Below, in pieces: positions 52,491 to 63,720 of a stretch of 64,000 nt of DNA; positions within the stretch are counted from its first letter, which is position 1; every line of letters begins with the position of its first letter. The translations under genes and the position numbers were made by a program. The notes below the pieces were generated by a model. It did no database searches. It saw only the letters and a list, made by a program, of their open reading frames with translations, and had not been told where the DNA came from. Origin of the DNA: Octopus bimaculoides (taxonomy: Eukaryota); contig NC_068982.1 of the NCBI RefSeq assembly GCF_001194135.2, positions 32,986,106 through 33,050,105 of the forward strand. Reading direction: 5' to 3'.

Positions 52491-52862
52491 TTAAGACGTC
52501 GCACAGTATACGATATCATGAGGTTGTTGATTGAAAATATTACGTCTACCAGGGGTTTGTACTGTCAGTCAAGTCACAACAAGGACCTCCGACAGATAGT
52601 ACTTTATGCAATATGCGCGCAGTTCCAAATAATGCCGATTTTTGCAAAACACCTAGATTGAAGGGTATTTCTGAAGTTTCCAGATGTTTCTTCAGGTTGG
52701 GTAGTACTGAACCCAATGCTCCGAGCACAATAAGGACAAACTTTTAACTCTCATAGCTGCCACATCTTAGCAATCTCAATTCTCAGGTCCCCATAATTAT
52801 CAATCTTTTCTCTTTCTTTCATGATATGTTGATCTCCTGGCACTGTCGCGTCAATTACACTG
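52491..52862 (-). mobile_element. Dong/R4-like RLE non-LTR element, older subfamily, copy 3
   Basis: VIDATVPGDQHIMKEREKIDNYGDLRIEIAKMW, then a frameshift, then LGALGSV..LQKSALFGTARILHKVLSV. Different 3' UTR running into (CAA)n(TAA)n. Confidence 0.8.
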
Positions 52863-53574
52863 TATAACAATGAAAAAAAAAACCGAAATGCGAATAACCT
52901 TTTCTATGGGTATTTTGTGTGTAGATCATGAATATAACAACCGTTCATTACTGTGACCCTCCAGTTCCTCGTAAATTACCATCTTACTTACGTTAAATAC
53001 ATTGATGGCTCAGTAGGAATTGGCAACAAACAGGATTGGGACGAAACTGACAACTCTAAAAGTTATGAACGGATTTTGATATAATTTTAATAGGGTGTTC
53101 CTAAGGTATTTGTTAATCTAGCTTATGAAAACTATAAAAGTACGCTCAAAATTTGTATAGTTATATGGGTCCAAATCCCATATAAGTATATTATTATAAG
53201 TACCAGTTGCTGACTGGGGCGATGCAATCGACTAGTCTCCTCTCCCAAAATTTCAGATCGTGTGCCTATAGTAGACAGGGTCATTATTATTATTTGCTGT
53301 TGTAACCTTCATAAACAATCTCAATTGATGTTGTATACTTACAATCTTGTTTGCAAGCAACCTACAAGAAAATTGTGAAATCTCTCTAAAGAAAAATGAA
53401 AAAAAAAACAAAAAAACAGGAAATATATTCTATTTTAATTCCTCAAAATTATTCAGTCTGAAGAATTTTCGTCAATTGAATTGCTGTCTGAATACGTTCA
53501 AAATTGTTTTGATTCGGGCACTTGTACTTTTGGGTCGGATTAGAACAAATATTGTGTGTGTGCACGAAAGTGTG

Positions 53575-53626
<52 letters not shown>

Positions 53627-53903
53627 NNNNNNNNNNNNNNNNNNNNNNNNNNNNNNNNNNNNNNNNNNNNNNNNNNNNNNNNNNNNNNNNNNNNNNNNNN
53701 NNNNNNNNNNNNNNNNNNNNNNNNNNNNNNNNGTACCTAAAGAGAGGGATGTTTATTCACATTTAATTTTAGATACACGCATTCATTATACAAAAATATT
53801 CAGAAGCATTAAGTCGTGACCGCTAATCTTTGGCCACAGAGAAAGTTGTATACATATACATGTGTATGCGCGAGTGCGTGGGTGTATATGTATATGAGCG
53901 AAT

Positions 53904-53943
<40 letters not shown>

Positions 53944-54205
53944 ACGCGCGCGCGATTAGTTTCTGTTTATTTTGTGATACATAAACGCTCAATACAACAT
54001 TGTGTTAAAAGTGTTTAGAAGCTAACAAATATGTATTTATGCGTTTAATAAAATAAGAATACACTTCCGGTGTACAGTTTCGTCCAGTTCATGAAGCAAC
54101 AAAGAGAAGCAACGGAGCAAAACCATTATTTGGGTGTGTAATTACACGCACAATCATGCATGCATACATACTAATAAATACACATGTACAACATGCACAC
54201 ACATC

Positions 54206-54336
54206 TACAGGGCGTCCACAAAGACTGGGAACATGAAGTAAATAAAATCATAACATAAACAATTAAATATAAGAAATAATAATTTCTTAAAGTATGTGTT
54301 AATCGTCATGTACCCAGACTTTGTGGACACCCTGTA
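54206..54336. mobile_element. 131-bp Tc1/mariner-type MITE
   Basis: TA-flanked 30-bp TIRs TACAGGGCGTCCACAAAGACTGGGAACATG versus reverse-complement TACAGGGTGTCCACAAAGTCTGGGTACATG (3 mismatches). Confidence 0.9.
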
Positions 54337-54365
54337 CATACAAACACTTACACTCAGACATATAT

Positions 54366-54399
<34 letters not shown>

Positions 54400-54803
54400 T
54401 CACACACACACACACACACACGCACGCACACATACACGATCTTCGTAGATATAACGAGGGTACTTCTTGGTGTAGTGTTTGAACAAATTTCCCAATAAAA
54501 AGTGATTAAATTAAATTTTGAAAGCTTACAATAATAAACTGTATGGTAAGCATATTAAAACAAATAAGTGCATAATTCCTTATCTTCCCATATTCTGTCA
54601 TATAAGTCGATGTAGTATATAGTGTGAACACCCAGTGTAAGCATCCAAATATTATCACTATCTTTCAAAGTCTTAATGCATTTCACACGGAATTTTGGAT
54701 CCTCCAAATTCGTCTTAGTATATATGTCAATCTAGCTCTTTTGGTTGTAAATTTTTGTCTAAAAAATTCGACTTGTATGCTGGAAAATACGGTATGTTTT
54801 CTC

Positions 54804-55097
54804 TTTTGTGTGTGGCCATTGGTACATAAAATTCTGACGGACGTGTGTACATTTGTATACACCCAAAGCTAGAAGGAACATGCAATGGGGCTGCGTAGAG
54901 TTTTGTGTGTGGCCATTGGTACATAAAATTCTGACGGACGCGTGTACGTTTGTATACACCCAAAGCTACAAGGAACATGCAATGGGGCTGCGTAGAATTT
55001 TGTGTGTGGCCATTGGTACATAAAATTCTGACGGACGTGTGTACATTTGTATACACCCAAAGCTACAAGGAACATGCAATGGGGCTGCGTAGAATTT
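54804..55097. repeat. 97-bp tandem repeat, three copies
   Basis: GGCC anchor at 54814, 54911 and 55008. Units are nearly identical. Confidence 0.95.
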
Positions 55098-55189
55098 AAG
55101 CACAAACTAGATCAAGAGTACGCAACGGCAGTAAACTCAAACTATGATCATACAGGCTAGCTTTTTACCTTAACAACAAAATCTTACAT

Positions 55190-55480
55190 TTCTGTTTTTA
55201 ATTATCTAAATGTTGCGTATGAGGAAGGAGCTGGATTCTAACAACGATACAAAGTCCCATCGCTCGAAAGTAGAAAACGAAAACTGTCACATTTTAAACA
55301 AGAGAATAATCTTGCATATATTTACTATTCCATTTACAGATTGTATTTGTAACGTGCGGGTTGGTTGACTTTTTTGAAAACCCTTGCTTATTCAGATTGT
55401 CACTTTGACATTTATTTACAATACCAAGTGCACCAATTATTATTGATATAAATGCATTTTTACCACAAGAACACAATCTC
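55190..55480 (-). mobile_element. RLE non-LTR 3' end (group 2)
   Basis: FISIIIGALGIVNKC.SDNLNKQGFSK. Near-identical reverse complement of about 59075-59338. Confidence 0.8.
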
Positions 55481-57938
55481 ATATATACATTTTAAGATGG
55501 TAGAACGAAGATACACATTCATTGGTTTATTAATACATGTATACAAAGACTGGAACATAAATCAGTATGATGTAATTTTAGGGAAATTTAACTCTTCATT
55601 TTCTGACAAAATTAGTAAAGAATGAGCAACGAAAAATGCTGCTTGCGTGATAAAGTAAATATTCATTTTTACAATAGCACAAAGCCTCAAATTGAAGGGA
55701 GATAGGGATATAGTCGTTTATATTGAGCCGAAAATTTTGCTAGCTCTTTATTTTGTCAACCTTTGAAAAATGGAAGTCAAAGCTGACTTCGACGGCAGAA
55801 CATAAAAGGCTGTTCTGATGCTGCATATTTACTGCCCTGTAAACAATTAAGATAACAGATTACATTTTTTGTTAAATCCATTACAATATCAGCATAAAGA
55901 TCCGTGTGAATACACACTCACACACATACACATGCCTACATATATATATATTCTGTCTTATTTTATTTGCATAATGTGTCCTTTTAAACTCCCTCAACAT
56001 ATCCATTCTAACTAATACTGTTTTATGTTACTTGTCACTCTACCTAATAATTAAATATATTTTACTGCTGATATATATACTGCTAATTTTTTATGTGTCT
56101 GTACTTATACCTATACGGTACTCCAGCATGGCCTCAGTTTAATGACTGAAACAAGTAATGATTAAAAGAAAGGATCATCCCCCTGATAATGACTACCCGA
56201 ATATTCTTTCCCTTACAACCGAACTACAGCGAATTTGGCCGGCCAAAATAAACCCTAAAATTCCAATCAAAAACAGAACATACATAAATGTATTCTCTTC
56301 ACGGTACAAGAACATATATTTTACGGCGTCATCTCAAACCAGTGTATTGTCTATACACTGTCTTTGCATATTTCCGACTAACTGATACGACGTCGTTTCA
56401 GAAGTCACACGAGTGCGAAACAGATTCGATGTCGTTTAGAAAGTGATATGCGTACGTGACATTTACAAGCCACGTTACGGCGAAATGTGTATCTGTCGCT
56501 CTCGCGGGCGATTTCGTTTCGCTGTGCTCTGAAGCATATTGCGCTTTTTAACATCATATATCTATAAAGGAATCTTTTTCTCAGACGAAAAACTGCAGCT
56601 TCTGACTTTTCAACGATACACACAGGTTAGGCATGTGTGTATATAGATGACGCTAATATTGTTTAGATTCCACCCCCCCACAAATTATGTAGTTCAGCAA
56701 AGAAAATATCTCGCTAAGAATTTGCTAGCAAACATTATCTTTCAATAAGATAAAACAAAAAATTGATGGGAAACAGAAGAGTTAAATAAAAAAAACCTCT
56801 TCCAAAAATGTTCAGTAAATTGTGGCAATCACGTAAATCGATAAGAGAAAATTAGATTAAATTTTCGAATATTTCTAATTAATTAATACCGGGGAAAATG
56901 CTTGTNNNNNNNNNNNNNNNNNNNNNNNNNNNNNNNNNNNNNNNNNNNNNNNNNNNNNNNNNNNNNNNNNNNNNNNNNNNNNNNNNNNNNNNNNNNNNNN
57001 NNNNNNNNNNNNNNNNNNNNNNNNNNNNNNNNNNNNNNNNNNNNNNNNNNNNNNNNNNNNNNNNNNNNNNNNNNNNNNNNNNNNNNNNNNNNNNNNNNNN
57101 NNNNNNNNNNNNNNNNNNNNNNNNNNNNNNNNNNNNNNNNNNNNNNNNNNNNNNNNNNNNNNNNNNNNNNNNNNNNNNNNNNNNNNNNNNNNNNNNNNNN
57201 NNNNNNNNNNNNNNNNNNNNNNNNNNNNNNNNNNNNNNNNNNNNNNNNNNNNNNNNNNNNNNNNNNNNNNNNNNNNNNNNNNNNNNNNNNNNNNNNNNNN
57301 NNNNNNNNNNNNNNNNNNNNNNNNNNNNNNNNNNNNNNNNNNNNNNNNNNNNNNNNNNNNNNNNNNNNNNNNNNNNNNNNNNNNNNNNNNNNNNNNNNNN
57401 NNNNNNNNNNNNNNNNNNNNNNNNNNNNNNNNNNNNNNNNNNNNNNNNNNNNNNNNNNNNNNNNNNNNNNNNNNNNNNNNNNNNNNNNNNNNNNNNNNNN
57501 NNNNNNNNNNNNNNNNNNNNNNNNNNNNNNNNNNNNNNNNNNNNNNNNNNNNNNNNNNNNNNNNNNNNNNNNNNNNNNNNNNNNNNNNNNNNNNNNNNNN
57601 NNNNNNNNNNNNNNNNNNNNNNNNNNNNNNNNNNNNNNNNNNNNNNNNNNNNNNNNNNNNNNNNNNNNNNNNNNNNNNNNNNNNNNNNNNNNNNNNNNNN
57701 NNNNNNNNNNNNNNNNNNNNNNNNNNNNNNNNNNNNNNNNNNNNNNNNNNNNNNNNNNNNNNNNNNNNNNNNNNNNNNNNNNNNNNNNNNNNNNNNNNNN
57801 NNNNNNNNNNNNNNNNNNNNNNNNNNNNNNNNNNNNNNNNNNNNNNNNNNNNNNNNNNNNNNNNNNNNNNNNNNNNNNTATGTATATATGTATGTATATG
57901 TATATATGTATGTGTGTGTATGTATGTATGTATGTATG

Positions 57939-57970
<32 letters not shown>

Positions 57971-58595
57971 CATATCTGCTCAAGGAGAAAACAGTTGTTC
58001 ATTATAAAAGCGAAATTATAGGAAATGTGAGCAGATTAAATAAATATAATTACAGTAAAGCTAAAAAGCAACGAGCATCCTCTGCTTTGTCACTTGAATT
58101 AGAAACAGCTGTTAAATAAACCAAATCCTAGAGTCTGATAAAAGGTGAGGAAAAATTTGGTATGTTTCGAATTATAGAAGAATTGAGAAGGTGAGATGAT
58201 CGTCATTGGAATGCTTTTGATGATAGCTTGTATAGAATTATAAACTTTGTACATGAAAATGAAACTGAAGGATAGCATCTAACATTGATTTAATTCCCAT
58301 TGTCTGTGATAAATTATACCAACCATCATAAATATGATATGAGCACAAATGATATGAGGCTTCAGTTTCGCCATCAAGAAAATAAAACAAAAAAACAGTT
58401 CAAACAGAAATGATGGGAGTCACAAATAAACTCAAAATATGAGTGAATGCAGACGAAATGAAGATGAACAATGCCTCTTACGAATTACTTAATGCTTTTG
58501 GGGACTGACACCGACACACACAAATACACATATATGTATACATATGTGTGTGTGTACATAGACATACATGCATATACATACATATACATGTGTGT

Positions 58596-58663
<68 letters not shown>

Positions 58664-58726
58664 NNNNNNNNNNNNNNNNNNNNNNNNNNNNNNNNNNNNN
58701 NNNNNNNNNNNNNNNNNNNNNNNNNN

Positions 58727-58780
<54 letters not shown>

Positions 58781-58825
58781 TGTGTCTGTGTGTGTGTGTG
58801 TCTGTGTGTCTGTGTGTCTGTGTGT

Positions 58826-59338
58826 ACTATACGATGCCATTCAGAAAAAAAAGACTGTCCAGTAGTAAATATAGAGTAACCCCTGTTAATGAATTCGTAC
58901 ACAAACATCAACACAAGGAATACTGGTGAAACATTCACTTCAAAACATAAGTACCGACCGTCATAGAGACCAGCTGTTTTACTGATGTGAATATCTCTTT
59001 GAAAATCAGAGAAAGCGAATAACTATGGACAACTGCTTCGAAACCTGTAGCTTCTAGAAGCAGATTATGGATACACATTTACATCAATAATAATTGGTGC
59101 ACTTGGTATTGTAAGTAAATGTCGAAGTGACAATCTGAATAAGCAAGGGTTTTCAAAAACGTCAACCAACCCGTACGTTACAAATACAATCTGTAAATGG
59201 AATAGTAAATATATACAAGATTATTCTCTTCTTTAAAATGTGACAGTTTTCGTTATCTACTTTCAAGCGATGGGACTTTGTACCGTTGTTAGAATCCAGC
59301 TCCTTCCTCATTCGCAAAATTTAGATAATTAAAAACAA
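58826..59338 (+). mobile_element. RLE non-LTR 3' end (group 2), flanked by (TG)n
   Basis: Broken frame EFVHKHQHKEYW..VIETSCFTDVNISLKIRE..NNYGQLLRNL..FTSIIIGALGIV..LQIQSVNG..FKM*. Confidence 0.8.
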
Positions 59339-59519
59339 AACGTGTGTGTTCGTGTGTATGTTTGTGTGTGTGTGTAATATAGTATTTTAACACACACATA
59401 CACACACTCATACACATACATATATTAAAAGGATTGACTCAGTAATGTCGGAGTATTGAGTCAATCATTTTGCAGCACCGTCTCTGACAGGTGAGTTATT
59501 TAATGAGAATGTAGTACTG

Positions 59520-59980
59520 TAGGACCTTCGAAGCAACTCCTGTATAGTGAGTTGAATAATGGAAAGCGTCGTACTCATAAACCAAAGCTAATGTTCAAAG
59601 ATTACATGAATGCATCCTTGAAATAAACTATCTCGTAAGAAACTGTAACTGGTAGGGCAGAATGAAGGAAAGAAACTTATGACGGGAGTGAGAGTTTCGA
59701 AATAGCTATAAGAACTTACGAAAAGTTTATGAGGGATGCTAGAAAGGGTGTTCATGTGATATTTCCAGGAGATATGGGTGACCACAGCGTGAGCTGACAT
59801 GCGATGAATGTGAGGAGAGTCTCCTTTTAGTAGAGCAGGACTGCAAAGTCACAAAAGAAATCAGGTCGAGAGAGTTGACTTGGATTGTGTTATACATGGC
59901 GTAAAAACGTGCCATGAATGTGGCAAGGTTTGCCTGTCAACTGGAGGCTTGAAAAGATGCATGGAAGTACATGATGACCA
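59520..59980 (+). pseudogene. RTE-clade LINE 3' relic with two C2H2-like fingers
   Basis: PSKQLLYSELNNGKRRTHKPKLMFKD, then LTCDECEESLLSRAGLQSHKR and TCHECGKVCLSTGGLKRCMEVH. Confidence 0.65.
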
Positions 59981-60149
59981 ACAAGTGACTTCTATCGTTG
60001 TTGCTGTCTCATGCGCTACACACATATGAGATGGATTCTAAAGTGCATCAAGCGATGGTTATACACGAGAACGAGGAAGCAGCTACAATGTGTGCGCTCG
60101 CAAGTGTGCGTGTGCATGTGTGTATATGTATACATATATATTTGTGAAA

Positions 60150-60213
<64 letters not shown>

Positions 60214-60792
60214 ATATATTTATATATGTATGTATGCATCATATTTGTATGTACAAACACACGCATACAAACACATACATATGTATACGTGAGCACGTTT
60301 ATATATATTTAGTGTTGGACAGAAAATTATTTATGTAATTGACAGGAAAAGTTGATATATATCTGTCTAAGCGAGGATTTTTTTACCCACTGACTTTAAT
60401 TTCATAATTATACCTTTTTACCTCAAAAGAGAAATAGCGGCCTATGAACTGTTATTTTGGTATGAACGACCGTCCAGAAATTGCATTAATTGTTTTCGGG
60501 ATAAAAGCTAATTTCTTTTTAATTAAAGACTGATTAGAATTATTAAGAGATTTACGGACACCATATATTTTATGTGCTTATAAATATATTTCATTTGCAT
60601 ATAAAATTTATAAATAGATTTTATATTTGTAATTGCATTTTAATTCTTAATAAATTAAAACTGATACAGTTGCATTTTATATTGCCAGAAAGTGAAACAA
60701 CGAATACTTTCATATGTAAATGAAATATAATTTATCTACTTCCAATGCAAGTGAAATACATTTATATCGAGTGTCCCATATGATGTAATTTG

Positions 60793-61205
60793 TAGGCGCA
60801 GGGTTAGGGTTAGGGTTTTTTGTGGTAAGAAGTTTACTTTTCAGCCGCATAGTTCCATATTCAGTCCCACTGCATTGGCACCTTGTTTTTTTACTATGGC
60901 CCCTGTCAGATCAAAACCTTGTGAGCGGATTTGGCAGACGGAAACTGAAACAAGCCCGTGGTGTTTATAATTATATATATGTGAGTACGTGCCTTTGACT
61001 TTGTGTTTATTCCTCAGCACTCCTTGACAACAAATGTTGGTATGCTTATGTTCCCGAAACTTAGCCGTTCAGCAAATTAGGCCGATAGAATAAGTGTCAG
61101 GTTTTCAAAAATAAGCAAGGAGTTCGACTTGTTCGGTGAAACCCTTCAAGGCGGTACCCCAACACGGCTGCAGTCTAACGACTGAAACATGTAAACGATA
61201 AAAAA
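60793..61205 (+). mobile_element. SINE family C, full-length copy
   Basis: Family C head, body and tail. The head is interrupted by GGGTTAGGGTTAGGGTT. Confidence 0.8.
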
Positions 61206-62300
61206 TATCCTAAAGAGACATATTACCACTGTAAATTCATCAACTCTATAAGTGTCTGGTTAAAAATAAATTAAAATTGAGTTTTAATTTTTTATTTTTA
61301 AACTTAAAGAGAGGAGACGCTGAATAAATTATGTTTTAAGTATAAAAAGGAGTGCACCGATTCACCCCCTCATATACGCGCGCTCACACACACACTCTCT
61401 CTCACTCACAAACACACGGGGGTGGCGCCCATAGACACTCAAAGTTAGAGGATGAAGTTTTAAAACATCAGGTTTAAATATTTAAGTACCGTATTGTGGA
61501 TTAGCGTTAATGAAACTTATTTTCAATGGCGAAAACAGAAAGAATTCTTGAAACTGCAACTAAACAAATTTCAAATGGAGATATCCAGATAAGAAAGTCT
61601 GACTACTGACATCTGTTGAAATATTTTCGGACACTTTTCATTGGTATTCGATTTACAAAGTGAAGCATAGCCTTATCATAACTACTAAGAATAACTAAAA
61701 AATATATTTTACTTTAAAATAATTCACTGATTAAATAAATTCAGATACAGCCAATGGATAATTTCCCACCACAGAGCAATATATTATTGAATTAAAAGAA
61801 AAGTATTAAAATTTTATTTTTTTTAATCAGAGATGTCGGAATTGAACCTGTGATCATCAAACGCGTAATCAATTATGCCAGTCGGCTTCACATAAGTTAT
61901 TAGGACATATTTCAACTGATATAAAGTTTGTCTATTTTCCACAACTGCTTTGCGAAACTATTGGTATACATATATGAATACGTACACGCACACATAGTCA
62001 AATATCGCTACGTTTCTTAGAAGAACGCTCCGAAGAGTCTCTCTAAATCAATTAATATATATATATATATANNNNNNNNNNNNNNNNNNNNNNNNNNNNN
62101 NNNNNNNNNNNNNNNNNNNNNNNNNNNNNNNNNNNNNNNNNNNNNNNNNNNNNNNNNNNNNNNNNNNNNNNNNNNNNNNNNNNNNNNNNNNNNNNNNNNN
62201 NNNNNNNNNNNNNNNNNNNNNNNNNNNNNNNNNNNNNNNNNNNNNNNNNNNNNNNNNNNNNNNNNNNNNNNNNNNNNNNNNNNNNNNNNNNNNNNATATA

Positions 62301-62373
62301 CGAGCTTGCCAGGTGTCGAACCTGGAATCTTCTGATCCGTAGTCAGACGCGTTATCCATTGCACCACAAGCCC
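62301..62373 (-). tRNA. tRNA-Arg(ACG), best-preserved copy
   Basis: 73 nt GGGCTTGTGGTGCAATGGATAACGCGTCTGACTACGGATCAGAAGATTCCAGGTTCGACACCTGGCAAGCTCG. Acceptor GGGCTTG/CAAGCTC, anticodon stem TCTGA/TCAGA, T stem CCAGG/CCTGG. U11 and A60 differ from the usual metazoan Arg-ACG. Confidence 0.88.
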
Positions 62374-62514
62374 GGTACCCGAATACGAAATTCTACTTTT
62401 CCAATAATTTCTTTAAGTAATGTGAACCTAGCTTTAATTGTATACATTTAACTCCAGCAACATGTGCTGAGTGCCGTTTTCTTTAGTGTGTTCACTTTAA
62501 AAAAAATATGTATA

Positions 62515-62587
62515 CTAGCTTGCCAGGAGTCGAACCTGGAATTTTCTGATCCGTAGCCAGATGCGTTAACCATTGCATCACAAGACC
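62515..62587 (-). pseudogene. tRNA-Arg(ACG) pseudogene
   Basis: 73 nt with the ACG anticodon kept, but G1-A72 and U3-C70 mismatches and A10. A T8 terminator-like run lies about 9 nt downstream. Confidence 0.85.
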
Positions 62588-62727
62588 TGTGCCCGAATAT
62601 GAGATTCTACTTTTCCAATAATTTCATTAAGTAATGTGAACCTAGCTTTAATTGTATACATTTAACTCCAGCAACATGTGCCGAGTGCCGTTTTCTTTAG
62701 TGTGTTCACTTTAAAAAAATATATACA

Positions 62728-62762
62728 CGAGCTTGCCAGGAGTCGAACCTGGAATCTTCTGA
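62728..62762 (-). tRNA. tRNA-Arg 3' half (remainder in the gap)
   Basis: TCAGAAGATTCCAGGTTCGACTCCTGGCAAGCTCG with a perfect T arm and a T7 run downstream. Anticodon inferred from the array. Confidence 0.7.
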
Positions 62763-63423
62763 NNNNNNNNNNNNNNNNNNNNNNNNNNNNNNNNNNNNNN
62801 NNNNNNNNNNNNNNNNNNNNNNNNNNNNNNNNNNNNNNNNNNNNNNNNNNNNNNNNNNNNNNCCAAAATTAGGACGAAAGCTGCCGTGAATTAGCTCCAA
62901 GAAGCCATCGCTCAGAAAGAGTGAAAGAGAGAGACAGAGATAACAGCCATCCAAATATAAAATATATTTTACAAATATACCAACAATTATGTTTCTTAGA
63001 GCAACACACCAAAAAGTATCTGAATTTTAAAGAAAAGTAAAGACTTATATTGGGGTTTAGCTCGATCCGAAACTGCAACTTTCCGCTCCGTTTTATACAC
63101 TCCACCATTAGCCCTTGCAACACGAATATACCGCTACTTTTCCGATAATTTCTTTAAGTAATGTGAAGCTGGCCCAAACAAATCATGTGAAGCTGGCTTA
63201 AACAGAAGCTGAGGTATATCACCGCAACGAAGTATGCCTAACAACATCAGTGAGAAGCCACAGGGATGCGTTTGATGGTCGATGTGTGACCTTCCTATGT
63301 AAGTTTAATTGTGGAGTTGTGAACCCTTCTTTAAATTTTGTTCACCTGTGATGAGAGTACCCATACAGAGACTATCAAAGGGCTGTGAAGTCTATCAAAA
63401 AAAAATACAACCTGCCGATCATA

Positions 63424-63496
63424 TAAGCTTGCTAGGAATCGAACCAGGAATCTTCTGATCCGTAATCAGACGCGTTATCCGTTGCGCCACAAGCCC
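63424..63496 (-). pseudogene. tRNA-Arg(ACG) probable pseudogene
   Basis: 73 nt with ACG anticodon and intact acceptor and D arm, but the T stem CCTGG/CCTAG has two mismatches. Confidence 0.8.
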
Positions 63497-63667
63497 CCGT
63501 GATAATAATAGTGGTTATCTATGTACTAATTTCTTTCCCGACAAACTTCTGATGTTGACATTCAAAGACAGGGACACAGACACGAACATAATTATCTAAA
63601 TTTCTAAATACTCCAGCAAAGGATCTGTTGGCACCATATTCCCCATGATTCTAAAATAAAATGCAAC

Positions 63668-63720
63668 CGAGGTTGTCAGGTTTTGAACCTGCAATCTTCT
63701 GATCCGTAGTCAGGCGCTCT
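63668..63720 (-). pseudogene. tRNA-Arg(ACG) partial relic
   Basis: GCGCCTGACTACGGATCAGAAGATTGCAGGTTCAAAACCTGACAACCTCG. The 5' third is unrecognisable. Confidence 0.7.

Larger units (their letters stand above)
62296..62762. repeat. ~214-bp tRNA-containing tandem repeat
   Basis: tRNA 3' ends at 62301, 62515 and 62728 (periods 214 and 213). The ~141-bp spacers are nearly identical. Confidence 0.93.

Noticed and set aside
54720-54794. Complete pogo/Tigger MITE
   Set aside because: Only one convincing terminus. Likewise the single mariner-like end at about 7350-7380.
54804-55097. CRISPR-like array
   Set aside because: Units are contiguous 97-mers with no unique spacers, the context is eukaryotic and there are no cas genes.
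1136-62954. All ORFs over 200 aa in the supplied track
   Set aside because: They run through N gaps or dinucleotide/tetranucleotide repeats (HTHT, CVCV, YIYI, SLSL) and have no real coding content.
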